The notes: generated by a model not told the origin, from the sequence alone. A stretch of DNA of 64,000 nt from an uncultured delta proteobacterium (GCA_963771175.1 CAVYSY010000032.1:160001-224000); one strand, 5' to 3'; counted from the first letter of the stretch, positions 14,871 to 26,200 are shown. A program made the numbers and translations.

Positions 14871-15601
14871 TCACCGGTACCCGAGGATCAGGCCCCGGGC
14901 GAGCAGCGCCCAGCCGTCCACGGCGACGAAGAGGAGGATCTTGAAGGGCAGGCTCACCTGACTCGGCGACAGCGACTGCATGCCCAGCGCGAGCAGGACG
15001 TTGGCGATGACCATGTCCAGCACCAGGAACGGCAGGAAGACGAGGAAGCCGATCTGGAAGGCCTCCTTGAGCTCGGTGATGACGAAGGCCGGGATGACCA
15101 CGAAGAGGTCCGTCCTCGTGGACCTGGTCGCGCCTCCTCCGGCGGCCGCAGCTCGCGCGCGAGGTCCACGAAGCGCGCCCGCTCCTCCGGCGCTGCCGTG
15201 CTTCACCAGGAAGCCGCGCAGCGGCTCGGTCACCTGCGCCGCGGCACGCGAGGAGCTGCGCACCCGAGCTGGGTCTCCTGGTAGGCCACCTGCCCCACGT
15301 CGTACATGCGCTCCATCACCGGCGCCATGATGTGGCCCGTCAGCACCGCGGCGAGCCCGGTGAGGACGATGGTGGGCGGCGCCTGCTGCGTGCCCATCGC
15401 CGAGCGCGCCAGCGACAGCACCACGGCGATCTTCGAGAAGCTGGTCAGCATCAGCACCGCGAAGGGCAGCAGCGACATCAGCGCCAGCATCCCCATCATC
15501 GACAGCGGGCTGCCAGCGAAGGACATCTGCGAGAACGACGGCTCCGCCGCCGAGGCCAGCCCCGGCACGAGGACGCTCAGGACGAGCAACGCGCGGCTCA
15601 T
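14871..15601 (-). CDS. sctR: SctR/FliP family export protein (frameshifted)
   Basis: [55 protein letters not shown]. Confidence 0.95.
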
Positions 15602-16015
15602 GACAGGGTCTCCTTCGCCGACAGATGCGTCACCGTCCGCCGCCGGGTCCGCGTCTTCACTCGCTTGGGAGCCTGCGCCCGGCGGATCTCCGCGAAGGAG
15701 TCCCCGTAGGCCACGAGGTAGCGGCTGCCCGTCCACCTCCACCAGCGCCAGGCCGCAGCGCTGCGACAGGCCCGTCCGGGACACCACCTGCAGGCGCTCG
15801 GAGAGCGTGAAGCGGGACTCGGCCCGACCACGTCGCACCAGCCACCAGCCGAGCCCCGCCAGGGCCACCGCCCCGAGCAGCCCCCGGGCCACCGACGTCG
15901 CCGACATGCCCCCCAGCGGCGCGAGCGCGGCCAATCCCAGGATGAGGCCACACGCCAGCAGGACCTTGGTCCTCGGAGACGTGGAATCGAGCAGGGTCTT
16001 CATGGGCGCGCTCAC
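15598..16015 (-). CDS. FliO-like membrane protein (indel near 15720)
   Basis: TM segments then [29 protein letters not shown], the FliO beta-domain pattern; immediately upstream of sctR. Confidence 0.7.
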
Positions 16016-17166
16016 GGCAGCAGGGTGAGGATGCGGGCCCCCACCTCGCCCTCGATGTCCACGAGCTCGGCCCTCGCCACCGCCCGATCCCCCACTCGCA
16101 GCAGCACCGGCTCGCTCGCGTTGATGCGCAGGGGCAGCAGCGCCCCCGGCTTGAGCCCCGCCAGCTCCGAGAGCGGCAACGACAGCCGCGTCAGCTCGAT
16201 CTCCACGTCCACCGGCAGCGGGGGCATCCCCTCGCTCCGCTCGTTCACTTCCACCATGTCCGACTCCTGGAAAAGTCCGCGCCTGTGCGCGCGGGTCAGC
16301 GAGAAACCCTCGGGGCCAAAGTCACCGGCCAGCTCGAAGCCGCGCAGGACGAGGCGCCCGGTCCCGAGCAGCTGCGCTCCCTCCCGGCGCAACCCCTCGA
16401 AGAGGACGACATCCCCCAGCCCCAGCGTCTCCAGCGCCTCACGAGGCAGCGACGTGCGCCCCACGAAGCAGCGCGCGCCCAACCGCGCCGACAGCACCTC
16501 GGGAGCAATCTCCGGGTCGTGCTCCGCCGGCAGCTCCTTCAGCGCCCCCTCGAGGACCACCGCGGGCAGAAGCAGCCTCCCTCCCGCCGTCGTCCCTCCC
16601 ACCGACACCGTCAGCTCCACGCCCAGGTGACGCTGCCGGGCATCGAGGCGGGCCAGCGCCTCCGTGCGATTCATCGTCACCCCGGTGAGGCGCGGGCCGA
16701 ACCGCCGCTGCAGCTCCTCCTGCCCGCGCAGCGCGTACAGCGCCGACAGGCCCAGGAAGGCGAACGAGGCCTCCTCCAGTCGCGTCAGGCCCGTGATGGG
16801 GCCGGGCTTCGTCCCCGCTCCAGCCAGGCGCTCCAGCGCGGCGAAGAGCACCGGCGGCTCCAGCTCCAGCACCGCCGTCCCCCCCGTGGCCGACAGGTCC
16901 ACCAGGGCGAAGGCCGCCGTGTGCGCCAGCCCCGTCGCCGGCATCACCACCGCCTCCAGCAACCGCGCCTCGGCCCGGACGGGGCACCCCAGTTCCTTGC
17001 CGAGCGACTCGCACACCATCTGGAGCGCCTGTCGCGCGAGCCGTACCACCCGCGGCCGCTCGTTCAGGGTCATGTGGGCGCGCGACAGCCGGCGCGTGCC
17101 GAGTCGGCGCAGCCGCATCGGCTTCAACGTCGTGGACCGGGTGGTATCTCCAAGAGGACTTTGCAT
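16012..17166 (-). CDS. sctQ: Cytoplasmic ring protein SctQ (FliM/FliN SpoA domains)
   Basis: Two SpoA-like units: LETLGLGDVVLF and LPVDVEIELTRLSLPLSELAGLKPG...ARAELVDIEGEVGARI. Confidence 0.9.
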   Translation of the reverse strand: MQSPLGDTTRSTTLKPMRLRRLGTRRLSRAHMTLNERPRVVRLARQALQMVCESLGKELGCPVRAEARLLEAVVMPATGLAHTAAFALVDLSATGGTAVLELEPPVLFAALERLAGAGTKPGPITGLTRLEEASFAFLGLSALYALRGQEELQRRFGPRLTGVTMNRTEALARLDARQRHLGVELTVSVGGTTAGGRLLLPAVVLEGALKELPAEHDPEIAPEVLSARLGARCFVGRTSLPREALETLGLGDVVLFEGLRREGAQLLGTGRLVLRGFELAGDFGPEGFSLTRAHRRGLFQESDMVEVNERSEGMPPLPVDVEIELTRLSLPLSELAGLKPGALLPLRINASEPVLLRVGDRAVARAELVDIEGEVGARILTLLP

Positions 17167-17280
17167 GGTTCGCTCCGTGCTGCGGACAAGCCGCTCCTGT
17201 TCACGGCCGATGCCAGCGGCCGCGCCTGCGAAATCGAGGGTTTGGACGTCAGGGGGAGTCCGGGACCGGGACGGGGGGTC

Positions 17281-17772
17281 TCAGCGCGTGGCTTCTCGGA
17301 TGAGCCGCTCGGCCAGCGCACACACCGCCGGGGTCGCCGCCGCGTCGGGCGGCTCCACCTGGCGCTCCGGAAAGAGGCTGCGGTGGTAGGGCGGCAGCCT
17401 CCGGAAGATCTCCCGCCGCAGCACCTCCGGCGCCTCCTCCATCACCGCCCTCAGCCGCGCCGCGGCATCCGGCCGCACGCCGAAGTCCACCGCCACTCGC
17501 GCCTGCCTCCGCGCCGAGGAGAGCGCTTCGAAGCCCGCCAGGTGCGCCTTCGCCTGCCGCGCCTCGGGCTCTCTCAAGCCGTCGAGCAGTTCCTTCGCCT
17601 GCCCCTTCCCGAGGACCAGTGCCACCAGAGCAATCCGCTCCAGCGGCAGGGAGGTCGGAGGTGGGGGCCTCGCCGGCTCCGGACGCGTCGGAGCCCGAAC
17701 CACCACCGTCTGGACCTGGTCCTGCGTCTTCGCCCCGGGACGAGGAATCCGGGTGATGCGCGTCGCCTCCAT
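17281..17772 (-). CDS. Hypothetical T3SS protein (SctK/FliG-like by position)
   Basis: Helical 163 aa protein directly after sctJ; no firm motif. Confidence 0.55.
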   Translation of the reverse strand: MEATRITRIPRPGAKTQDQVQTVVVRAPTRPEPARPPPPTSLPLERIALVALVLGKGQAKELLDGLREPEARQAKAHLAGFEALSSARRQARVAVDFGVRPDAAARLRAVMEEAPEVLRREIFRRLPPYHRSLFPERQVEPPDAAATPAVCALAERLIREATR

Positions 17773-17791
17773 GGCTCACCCTCCCCGAGGC

Positions 17792-18586
17792 TCACGCCAC
17801 CTTGCGCGCGGGCCCGGGAGTCACCACGGGACGCGCGGGGGCCGAAGGGGTGGTGGGCCTGGCCTCCGCCATGGCTCGGTAGTGCCGCAGGCGCAGCGTC
17901 ATCAGGATCAGCCCCACCGACAGCCCCGTGACGAACAGGGCCAGCACCGTCAGCAGCACCCGCAGCCGCGTCAGCGGAGAGGTCGCCGGCGTGGGTGCCA
18001 CCACCCTCGTGGACACCTCGTCCACCATGAGCGACACCGACTCGGCGGAGAGCCCCTCCACGCCTCCCGCGATGAGCGAGCGCAGCATCTCCCGCGAGCC
18101 CTTGATCTGCTCCGCATGGCCCGGCGCCACGCGCAGCATCGCCGAGGCCTTCGAGGGCACCGCCTGCTGCCCGGGCCTCGGTGGCGGAGGCACCACCAGG
18201 TGCACCCGCGCGAGGATGACCCCCTCCACCGTCTGGAGCGTCGTCTCCAGGCCCCGTTCCATCACCCGCACCCGGCAGAGCTGCTCCTCCACCGGCGTGC
18301 GCACCAACCCGCTCCCGCCAAAGACGTCACAGCCCTCGTCGGCGGTGGGCCTCGGCAGCCCCAGCTCCGCGAGGATCCGCACCGCGTCCGAGGACTGCTC
18401 CTCGGTCACCTCGATGGCCCATGTGGGCTTCTTGCCCGCCTCGGGCACCTTGCGCGCGTCGAGCCCTCGCTCGACGAGCACCGTCTGCAACTCGTTGGCC
18501 TGGCGCTCGTCCAGGCCGTGCTGGATTCGCTCCCGGCAGCCGGTGGCGCACAGGAGCAGGACGAAGAGACAGCGTCGGAAGAACAT
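17792..18586 (-). CDS. sctJ: Inner-membrane ring lipoprotein SctJ (YscJ/PrgK)
   Basis: Lipobox ATG-C, HGLDERQANE, LAELGLPR, LVRTPVEEQ, TLQTVEGVILARVHLV, IAGGVEGL, C-terminal TM. Confidence 0.93.
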   Translation of the reverse strand: MFFRRCLFVLLLCATGCRERIQHGLDERQANELQTVLVERGLDARKVPEAGKKPTWAIEVTEEQSSDAVRILAELGLPRPTADEGCDVFGGSGLVRTPVEEQLCRVRVMERGLETTLQTVEGVILARVHLVVPPPPRPGQQAVPSKASAMLRVAPGHAEQIKGSREMLRSLIAGGVEGLSAESVSLMVDEVSTRVVAPTPATSPLTRLRVLLTVLALFVTGLSVGLILMTLRLRHYRAMAEARPTTPSAPARPVVTPGPARKVA

Positions 18587-18596
18587 GGGGAACTCC

Positions 18597-19094
18597 TCAC
18601 ACCTGGGTCTGCAGCACCTGCTTGACGCCGCCGGTCGCCTTCTCGACGACCTTGCCGGCGAGATCGAGCTCCTGGCTCGCCCGGTACACGTGGGCCTGGA
18701 GGGCGATCAGCTCGTTCGGCGTGAACGACTTGCCGGACTGGGCCAGCTCCAGGACGTGGTCCAGCCGCTTCTGCGCCTCGCTCACGCGGTCCAGCATCTG
18801 CACCGCCTGCTGAGACCGCGCGGACTGCACCGAGTCCACCTTTCCCCCGGCCTGGACCTCCGAGGTCCCCGCCGAGGCCCGCTCCACTCCCTCCGCCTTG
18901 CACGTCCCGCGCGGCGCCTCCGTCCGCTCCGCCGGTGCCGGCCTCGGCGAGCCCTCGGTGGCGACCTGGGGCCCCGGCTGCTTCGCCTGCCCCTTCACCC
19001 CCTCCAGCACCTTGCCGAACTGCGCCTTCCCCGAGGGCTCCAGCGCGGGCGTTGCTCCCGCCCCACCAATCGCCCCCACCTTGTCGATGGCCAT
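18597..19094 (-). CDS. Inner-rod SctI-like protein
   Basis: C-terminal TPNELIALQAHVYRASQELDLAGKVVEKATGGVKQVLQTQ resembles YscI/HrpB2/PrgJ ends; directly upstream of sctJ. Confidence 0.7.
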   Translation of the reverse strand: MAIDKVGAIGGAGATPALEPSGKAQFGKVLEGVKGQAKQPGPQVATEGSPRPAPAERTEAPRGTCKAEGVERASAGTSEVQAGGKVDSVQSARSQQAVQMLDRVSEAQKRLDHVLELAQSGKSFTPNELIALQAHVYRASQELDLAGKVVEKATGGVKQVLQTQV

Positions 19095-19106
19095 GGCTCG
19101 CCGCCC

Positions 19107-19598
19107 CTATCGGATGTTGTTGATGGCGGCCTTCGCCGAGTCGTGGCGGACCTTCATGATGTTGGAGATGGCGTTGTGCGCGCGGCTCTCCGCCTGCATC
19201 TCGTTCTGCAGGTTCATGTAGGCCAGGTTCATCTTCGCCCCCTCGGCCTGCATCTCCTTCTGCGCCGCGAGCAGGTCCCACTGGTCCCCCTTCCCCGTGC
19301 TGCCCGTCAGGCCCCCCGCACCGCTCGTGCCTCCTCCCGCCCCTCCCACGCCCCCGGGCGTCGGCATCGCCGAGGCACCCCGGATGGACGAAGTCGCCCC
19401 CGACACCACCGAGCTGACGCTCGACACCGCCGCGCTCACCGCCGCGCCTCCCGGCACCAGCGACGCCATCACCCCGGCTCCCGACCTCACCACCTCCTGC
19501 GCCGTGCGCGCGAACACCGTGCCGAAGTCGTTCTGCGGCGTCTGCCGCGCCACGGTGGGGGTGATGGACAGCGAGCCAATCCGATTGCCGTTCTCCAC
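19107..19598 (-). CDS. Needle/filament subunit-like protein (SctF-like C-terminus)
   Basis: GGAGG RBS and GTG start at 19598; ends NAISNIMKVRHDSAKAAINNIR. Confidence 0.6.
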   Translation of the reverse strand: MENGNRIGSLSITPTVARQTPQNDFGTVFARTAQEVVRSGAGVMASLVPGGAAVSAAVSSVSSVVSGATSSIRGASAMPTPGGVGGAGGGTSGAGGLTGSTGKGDQWDLLAAQKEMQAEGAKMNLAYMNLQNEMQAESRAHNAISNIMKVRHDSAKAAINNIR

Positions 19599-19638
19599 GT
19601 TGAAGCCTCCTTGCGCCTGGGTCTCGCGCCGGGGCTTC

Positions 19639-19655
19639 TTCAGCCGGCGTGCCAG
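19639..19655 (-). promoter_or_regulatory. Candidate sigma54 (-24/-12) promoter for the T3SS operon
   Basis: CTGGCACGCCGGCTGAA: perfect TGGCACG box, imperfect -12 box (CTGAA), about 40 bp upstream of the first gene. Confidence 0.4.
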
Positions 19656-19834
19656 CCGCCGGGCCGAGTCATCTCGGGTACTTGGCGTCAGCCGCTGCTC
19701 GCGCAACCCTCCACGCGGCGGAGCGCACGTCCGCGCACGTGGACGGTCGGGTGGACGGCCCGGGACGAAAAGTTGCGACCCCCGGGGGCTGCTTCAGACT
19801 GGTAGTCCCCTGTCGCACCCAGAGGAGCCGCCCC

Positions 19835-20161
19835 ATGACGCCGTCCCACGCCCCCACCCGTCTCGCCGAGCGCTACCACCCGCGCGTGGAGGCCAATTGG
19901 ATGGTCAAGGTCCACCTCGGCGAGCGCATCGTGCTCGTCAAGGCGCGCGACCTGTCCATGGCCGGCCTCTTCCTGCACGGCCACCCCGCGGACTCGGTCA
20001 AGCAGCTCACCCTGACGATTCCCCTGCCCCAGATCGCCGACATCACCACCACGTGCACCATCGTCCGCCGCGAGGCGCACGGCGTGGCGCTCGAGTTCGC
20101 CAAGCTGGACTGGGACCACATGCTCCTGCTGGCGCGCTACCTCCACCCGCGCCTGCCCTGA
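19835..20161 (+). CDS. Stand-alone PilZ domain protein
   Basis: RxxxR-like (ERYHPR) and DxSxxG (DLSMAG) motifs; GVALEF. Confidence 0.9.
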   Translation: MTPSHAPTRLAERYHPRVEANWMVKVHLGERIVLVKARDLSMAGLFLHGHPADSVKQLTLTIPLPQIADITTTCTIVRREAHGVALEFAKLDWDHMLLLARYLHPRLP

Positions 20162-20183
20162 GCGACCCCCGGGCCTCGACGCC

Positions 20184-20576
20184 TCAGGCGACCTTGCGCA
20201 GCCGCTCCACCAGCGCCATCAGCTCCGCGCCCTTGAAGGGCTTCTGGATGTAGCCGTCCGCTCCCGCCAGCGTCGCGCTCTCCACGTCCGACTTCTTCGA
20301 CTTGGCGGTGAGCATGTAGACCGGCACCTTCGACGTCGTCGGATCGCTCTTGAGCATCCGGCACACCGAGATGCCGTCGAGCTGCGGCAGCACCACGTCC
20401 ATCAGGACGAGCTGGAAGGGGCGGCTCTTGGCCAGCTTCAAGCCCTCGATGCCGTTGGCCGCGCACACCACCTCCACGGCCCCGTCGCTCAGCATGCGAG
20501 CGCACGAGCTCCCGGATGACGGGCTCGTCCTCGACCAGCAGGATGTGGAAGGGCGTCTGCCAGGTTGGCAGACCAT
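20184..20576 (-). CDS. Single-domain response regulator (indels at 5' end)
   Basis: ILLVEDEP, LVLMDVVLPQLDG, VYMLTA, ADGYIQKPF. Confidence 0.92.
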   Translation of the reverse strand: MVCQPGRRPSTSCWSRTSPSSGSSCARMLSDGAVEVVCAANGIEGLKLAKSRPFQLVLMDVVLPQLDGISVCRMLKSDPTTSKVPVYMLTAKSKKSDVESATLAGADGYIQKPFKGAELMALVERLRKVA

Positions 20577-20581
20577 GGGAT

Positions 20582-23170
20582 TCACTCGTAGGCGAGCGCT
20601 TCGACGACGTTCAAGGTGGCCGCTCGCCGTGCCGGATACAGCCCGGCCAGGATGGCGCACAGGGTGGATGCAGCCCCCATCGTCAGCGCCAGCCGGGTGG
20701 GAAAACATACGGGGAAGCTCCACCCCGTGGCCTGGCCTCCTACCACCTCGGTGACCATGACGCCCATCCAGAGGCCCGCCAGCGCCCCGATGAGCCCTCC
20801 TGACAGGCCGATGAAGGCGGCCTCTCCCACGAAGAGCTCGGACGATGTGGGACCGGCGCCGCGCCCACCGCTCGCAGCAGGCCGATCTCCCGGGTCCGGT
20901 CCAGCACCGCCGCCAGCAGCGTGTTGACGACCCCCAGCAGCGCCAGCAGCACCGCCACCACCTCCATGGCGTAGGTGACGGCGAAGGCGTCGTCGATGAG
21001 CGCGGTGGCCTCGTCGCGCAGCTCGGCGTTGGACAGCACGTAGAGGTTGTACTGGCGCTCGCCCCACGCGCTCGGTGATGGTCGCGGCGGAGCTCGTCCA
21101 GCTTGCGCGGGGTCCGACAGGTACAGCTCGAAGGTGTCCACCCGGTCGTCCTGGAAGTGCTCCATGGTACACCTCGCGCGACAGGAAGACGATGCCCTGG
21201 TCCGAGGTGTAGTCCACCGCGACGGCGCCCACCGTGTAGGTGCGCGCACCGGTGGGCGTGGACATCTCGAAGGTGCTCCTCCACGTGCAGGTCCCGCCGG
21301 CGCGAGAGGTTCTCGGAGATGGTGACGCGCCCGGCCAGCCGCTCCTCGTGCGTGGGCAGGCGGCCCTCGAGGAGCTCGGGCCGCCCGTAGCGCTCGTAGA
21401 TCTCGGGGATGAGCGAGATGACGTAGATGCGCAGGCCCAGCACGTCGTGGGGCAGCACGCGCACCCGGTCCACGCTGTGCCACCCCGGGCAGCGTCGCGA
21501 GCTCCTCGCCCAGGTCCGGCGCCATGGGCTGGTTCTGCACGCCGGCCGATGCTTCGCCGACGAGGTGACGAAGAGGTCCGCTGGCACCGACTGGTCCAAT
21601 CCACCGGTGCGCGGCGGACTGGAAGGAGCCCACGAAGCCGGCGAGGCACACCGACATGGCCACGCCGATGGCCAGCGCGGACACCGGCACCGCCGTGCGC
21701 CCGGGCGCTCGGGCGAAGTTGTCCGCCGCCAGCCGGCCGCTCACTCCCAGCAGCGCACTCGCCCGGCCGCCGGTAGAGGCGCCACAGCCCGCGCAGCACC
21801 AGCGGGCGACAGCAGCGTCGCCCCCATGAGCACGAGGAAGATGGCGAGGTAGCCGCCCACGGGCAGGTTCTCCACGGGGCGTCGGCAGCCACGTGGCCGG
21901 GTAGACGAGCAGCGAGGCACCCCAGCCCCGAGCACCGTGGGCAGCGACGCGCGTCGCCCACCTCCGCGCCCTGGCGCCGCGTCCCGGCGCAGCGCCTCCA
22001 CCGGCTGCACGCTCGAGGCCACGCAGCGCCGGACGCAGCGCCGCGAACCACTGCCCAGCACCCCGAGCGCCACGCCCAGCCCCAGCTCCAGCGGGCCCAC
22101 CGTCACGTCCCTCGCGTTCACCTTCACGTAGAGGCTGGAGATGGCACTCGGACACCGCAGCCGATGGCCCCCCGGCCGACGAGCACGCCCAGCGGCAGCC
22201 CCAGCACCGTGCCCAGGCCGCCCAGCACCAGCGCCTCCAGCGTGAAGAGGGCGCGGATGCGCAGGCGCGTGGCCCCCAGCGCTCGCAGCGTGCCAATCTC
22301 CCGCCGCCGCTGCACCACGCTGATGGCGATGGTGTTGTAGACGAGGAACACCCCCACCAGCAGCGCCACCCCGGAGCCCAGGTTCAGCCCCAGCTGGAAG
22401 CTGCGCACCATCGTCTCCACCGTGCCCCCTCGGCGCGACGGGCGCTCCACCTCGAAGCCGCCGCCCAGCGCCTCTCGCAGGCGCGTCCCGCACCGCCTCC
22501 ACGCCCACCGCCGGGTCCACCGCCACGTCGATGCGGTCCAGCACCCGGTCGCGTCCGAAGGCCGCCTGCGCCGAGGCCACGTCCATCACTCGCCACCGAG
22601 CCGCCGAAGGCCTTCACCGGCCCCGCCTCGCGGATCAGGGCGTGCACGACGAAGTCCTGCGGTCCACTCCCGGTGACGAGCTGGAAGGAGTCCCCCACCT
22701 TCAGCCCGTGCTCGCGCGCGAAGCGCTCGGAGACGAGCATCCGGTCCGTCGAGTTGAGGAACTCCAGGTCGTCCGAGAGCCCGCCGAGGTCCCGGTCCAC
22801 GCCCTCGTAGGTGCGGAAGTGGCCGTCATCCAGCAGGTCCACGCCCATGACATAGAGGCTCTCGCCCGGAGCGCCCTTCACCGGCGACGATCACCGTCAG
22901 CGCCCCCGAGGCGTGCGCCACCCCGGGCACCGCTCGCACCCGCTCGAGCACGGACTCGTCGAAGCCCGTCTGCGCGCCCGCCACCGTGAGGTCCGCCTTC
23001 CCGGCGATGGCGTCCACCGTGGAGCGGAACGCGTCCATCACCGAGCGGTTGATGGACATCACCCCCACCATGGTCGCCACGCCCACGGCCACGCCCAGCA
23101 CCGTGAGGCCGGTGCGCAGCGGCGAGCCCAAGAAATGTCGCAGGGAGATGAGCCGGAGCAGCGCGAGCAT
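20582..23170 (-). CDS. FtsX/MacB-like ABC transporter permease, tandem type (frameshifted)
   Basis: RTGLTVLGVAVGVA; two RxREIGxLRAxGA motifs; GLYPARRAA..VEALAYE. Confidence 0.92.
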
Positions 23171-23247
23171 GTCCGGCCTACCTTACCCGCTCCGCGGTGC
23201 CCCCGGGTGGACGGGCGCTCGGAGGGCGGACAGGCAGGCGTGCTGGC

Positions 23248-26200
23248 TCATGGCTCGGGCATCGACGAGCGGGCGTCCGCGGCCGGGGCGGGCGGTGAGA
23301 ACCGGCGCAGGAAGGCGAGGTTGTCCCTCAGCGAGTCGTCGTAGGGCCGCACGTTGCCCCGTGGGGTGCGGTACTCCAGCAGCAGGTTGTCGTCCGTGGA
23401 GACGCGCGCCTCCAGGTGCCGGCCAGAGTCCGTGGGGTTGGCGAGCATCCGGTCCACGTCCTCGGGGCCCAGTACCCTCGATTGCAGCAGGTCCTCCGCC
23501 CTCGACTCGATGAGGGTGAGGAACGGCTGGAGCGCCGGCGTCTGGTTGATGCGCGCGAGCGTCCCCGCGTCCGGCCCGCAGTCCCACGCACAGGCCACCA
23601 GCACGCCCTGGTTGCCCACCACATAGAGCCACACGCGGGGAAACTCCGCGCGCAACGTGGAGACGACCGAGAGGATGTCCTCGTGCGACAGTCGGTGGAG
23701 CTGCACCCATTGCTGCAGCACGCCTCGCTCACTCAGCGCCCGCCGAGCGGTGCCGTAGAACTCCCGGTTGTAGAGGTTGGCCGCCCCCGCGAACCAGATG
23801 CTGGACACCTCCATGCCGATGAAGTCGTAGGCCCGCGCGGAGAGCAGGAGGAAGTTGCGCCCATCCGTGACGTGCGTCTTCACCTGGGGCCGGTCCAACA
23901 CCCCTCCGTTGACGCTCGGGAAGTGCGCGCGCGCCATGTCCACCATGTCCCGGCTCAGCTCCACGACGTCCAGGTGCTCGAAGCCAGCGTCGCTGGCGAT
24001 GCGCGCGGAGACACCCGTGCCAAGGCCGATGATCGCCGCGTGCCCTCGCTCGGGCACGTGGAGCAGGGGCACCAGCGAGAAGGCAACCTGGGCCTGCATC
24101 TCCCGATGCTGGCTGTCGTCCCCCTGGAACTTGCCGTTCGTCAGCATCGTGCGGACCGGCGTGCCATCCGGGTCCTTGGACTCGGCGATCGTCGTCAGCC
24201 CCCCCTCGACGCTCTCCCGGTGGTCGATCACCCGGCCCCACCCCTGGGCCTGGAAGTAGACGTTGGCCCCGGAGCTCAGCGCATCGAGGTCCAGGGAGGC
24301 CGGCTGGAGCGCCAGCAGCTCCAGGGCGAGTGCCGCGGTGACGAGGGGCACCGGGGCCTTCCAGGCTCGCGCGGCCAGCAGCGGCACCGCTCCCAGGAGG
24401 AGACAGGCCACCGCGAGCAGTTGCAGGGTGCGCAGCGAGCCCAGCACGTCCACGAGCACCAGTCCGCCCAGGATGGCGCCCACGATGTTGCCCAACGTGT
24501 TGAGCGCGGCGGCCCGGCCCATGGCGACCACGCGCGCCCCGGGCCGGCTCGCGCCCACGCACTCCATGGCCAGCGGGTAGATGGCGCCGATGAGGACGGC
24601 CGGAGGCACCATCGCCAGACAGCAGACGACGAAGCGGACGAACTCGCGGGCGGCGAATCCTCGCGTGGGCGGGTGGTCGCCGAAGCTCGCGAAGTAGCCC
24701 GGCACCGCCGCCCAGAGAAAGGAGCCGGCGAGCAGCACGGTCGCCAGCACCAACTCCAACAAGGCCAGCCGCTCCAGCACGGCCCGCGTGCTCGCCAACC
24801 AGCGTCGGCCGAGTGCGGCGCCCGAGGCCAACCCCACGAGAAAAGCGAAGACCATCAGCGAGAACGCATAGGCGCTGTTGCCCGCCACCACCGCGAGCAG
24901 ATGGATGTACGTCGTCTCCAGCGCGAAGGTGACGACACCGCCCACGCCGAGCAGCACGAGACCCACGCGCCCCAGGGTGCCCGCGGGAATGGAGGACGCG
25001 GACGGCGCCGACACGGGCTCCTCCGCCGGAGCCGCGGCCGGAACTCCCCGCGGCCCTCGGGCGAGCCCCAGTCCCACGAGCGCGACCAGCAGGTTGAGCC
25101 CCACGGCGATCCAGGTGGACAGCCGCACCCCGAACGCGGGCAGCAGCGCGTAGCCCGTGAGCAGCGCGCCGAGCGCGGCCCCGAGGGTGTTGAGGCCATA
25201 GAGGAGGCCGACGGCCCGGCCGAGCGACTGCCGCGCGTCGGTGAGATGGCGCGCCAGCAGCGGCATGGAGATGCCCATGAGGAGCGTGGGCGGCAGCAGC
25301 AGCCCCAGGGCGAACAATCCCTGGAGCGGCATGAGGCCCGTCGAGGACGGAGGCGAGCCCCGCGCGACGAGCACGTAGAGGGCGTGCGCCCACTCCATCA
25401 GGAAGGGCGAGAGGGCGCACCAGAGGGCGATGCCCGCCTCCACGAGCGCATAGGCCCGCACCGGGTTGGAGACGCGGGAGCCCCACCGGCCCCCAAGCCA
25501 CGAGCCCAGGGCGATGCCTCCCATGTACGTCGCCAGCACGAGCGTCGAGGCCCGCGAGGTGCTCCCGAAGGCCAGTCCCAGGGACTTGGCGAAGATGACC
25601 TCGTAGCAGAGCCCCGCGAAGCCGGAGAGGAAGAACATGGCCCCGATGGCCCACGTCTGGACTCCGGGCACGGCCTCCCGCGCCGACTCCTCACCCGCCT
25701 CGGGCACCAGCTCGGTGGCACGAGGACTCCGCGCGAGGCGCCACTCGCCCCACAGCGTGCCCGCCACCGTCAGCGCGAACGCCGTCCACGTGCCGAGCGG
25801 CGACAGGCACAGCAGTCTGGGTGCGAAGCGCAGCACCAGCAGCCATGCGACCACGGCGGTGATGGAGCCCACCAGCACACGGGCGCGGGTATGGGCGGCC
25901 TCAGGCGCGAGCGGTGTGCACAGGGCGAGCACGGCCAGGGTGAAGGGCAGCGCCACCACCAGGTCCACGGTGTAGTGGAAGCCGAAGCCCAGCGTGGCCA
26001 GCAGCGTCAGCCCGAGGAAGGCCCCGAAGAGCCCTCGCACCCACGGGCGCAGCCCCCGGGTGTACCAGAAGGCGATGAGCGCCCACGCGGTGTGCAGCGA
26101 GGGCATGCAGTTGCGCGGCTCGAGCGACTCCACCGCCATCGTGGAGGTGGCCAGGAGCTTCTCCAGAGGGAATGCGCCCTGCGCATGCTCGGCCCCGAAG

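Noticed and set aside
18597..19094. HrpB helicase label for this gene
   Set aside because: 165 aa with no helicase motifs; it resembles the unrelated HrpB2/SctI inner-rod family
10643..19598. Flagellar gene cluster
   Set aside because: No flagellin, hook, rod or motor genes; the ring protein is a short SctJ-type lipoprotein rather than FliF
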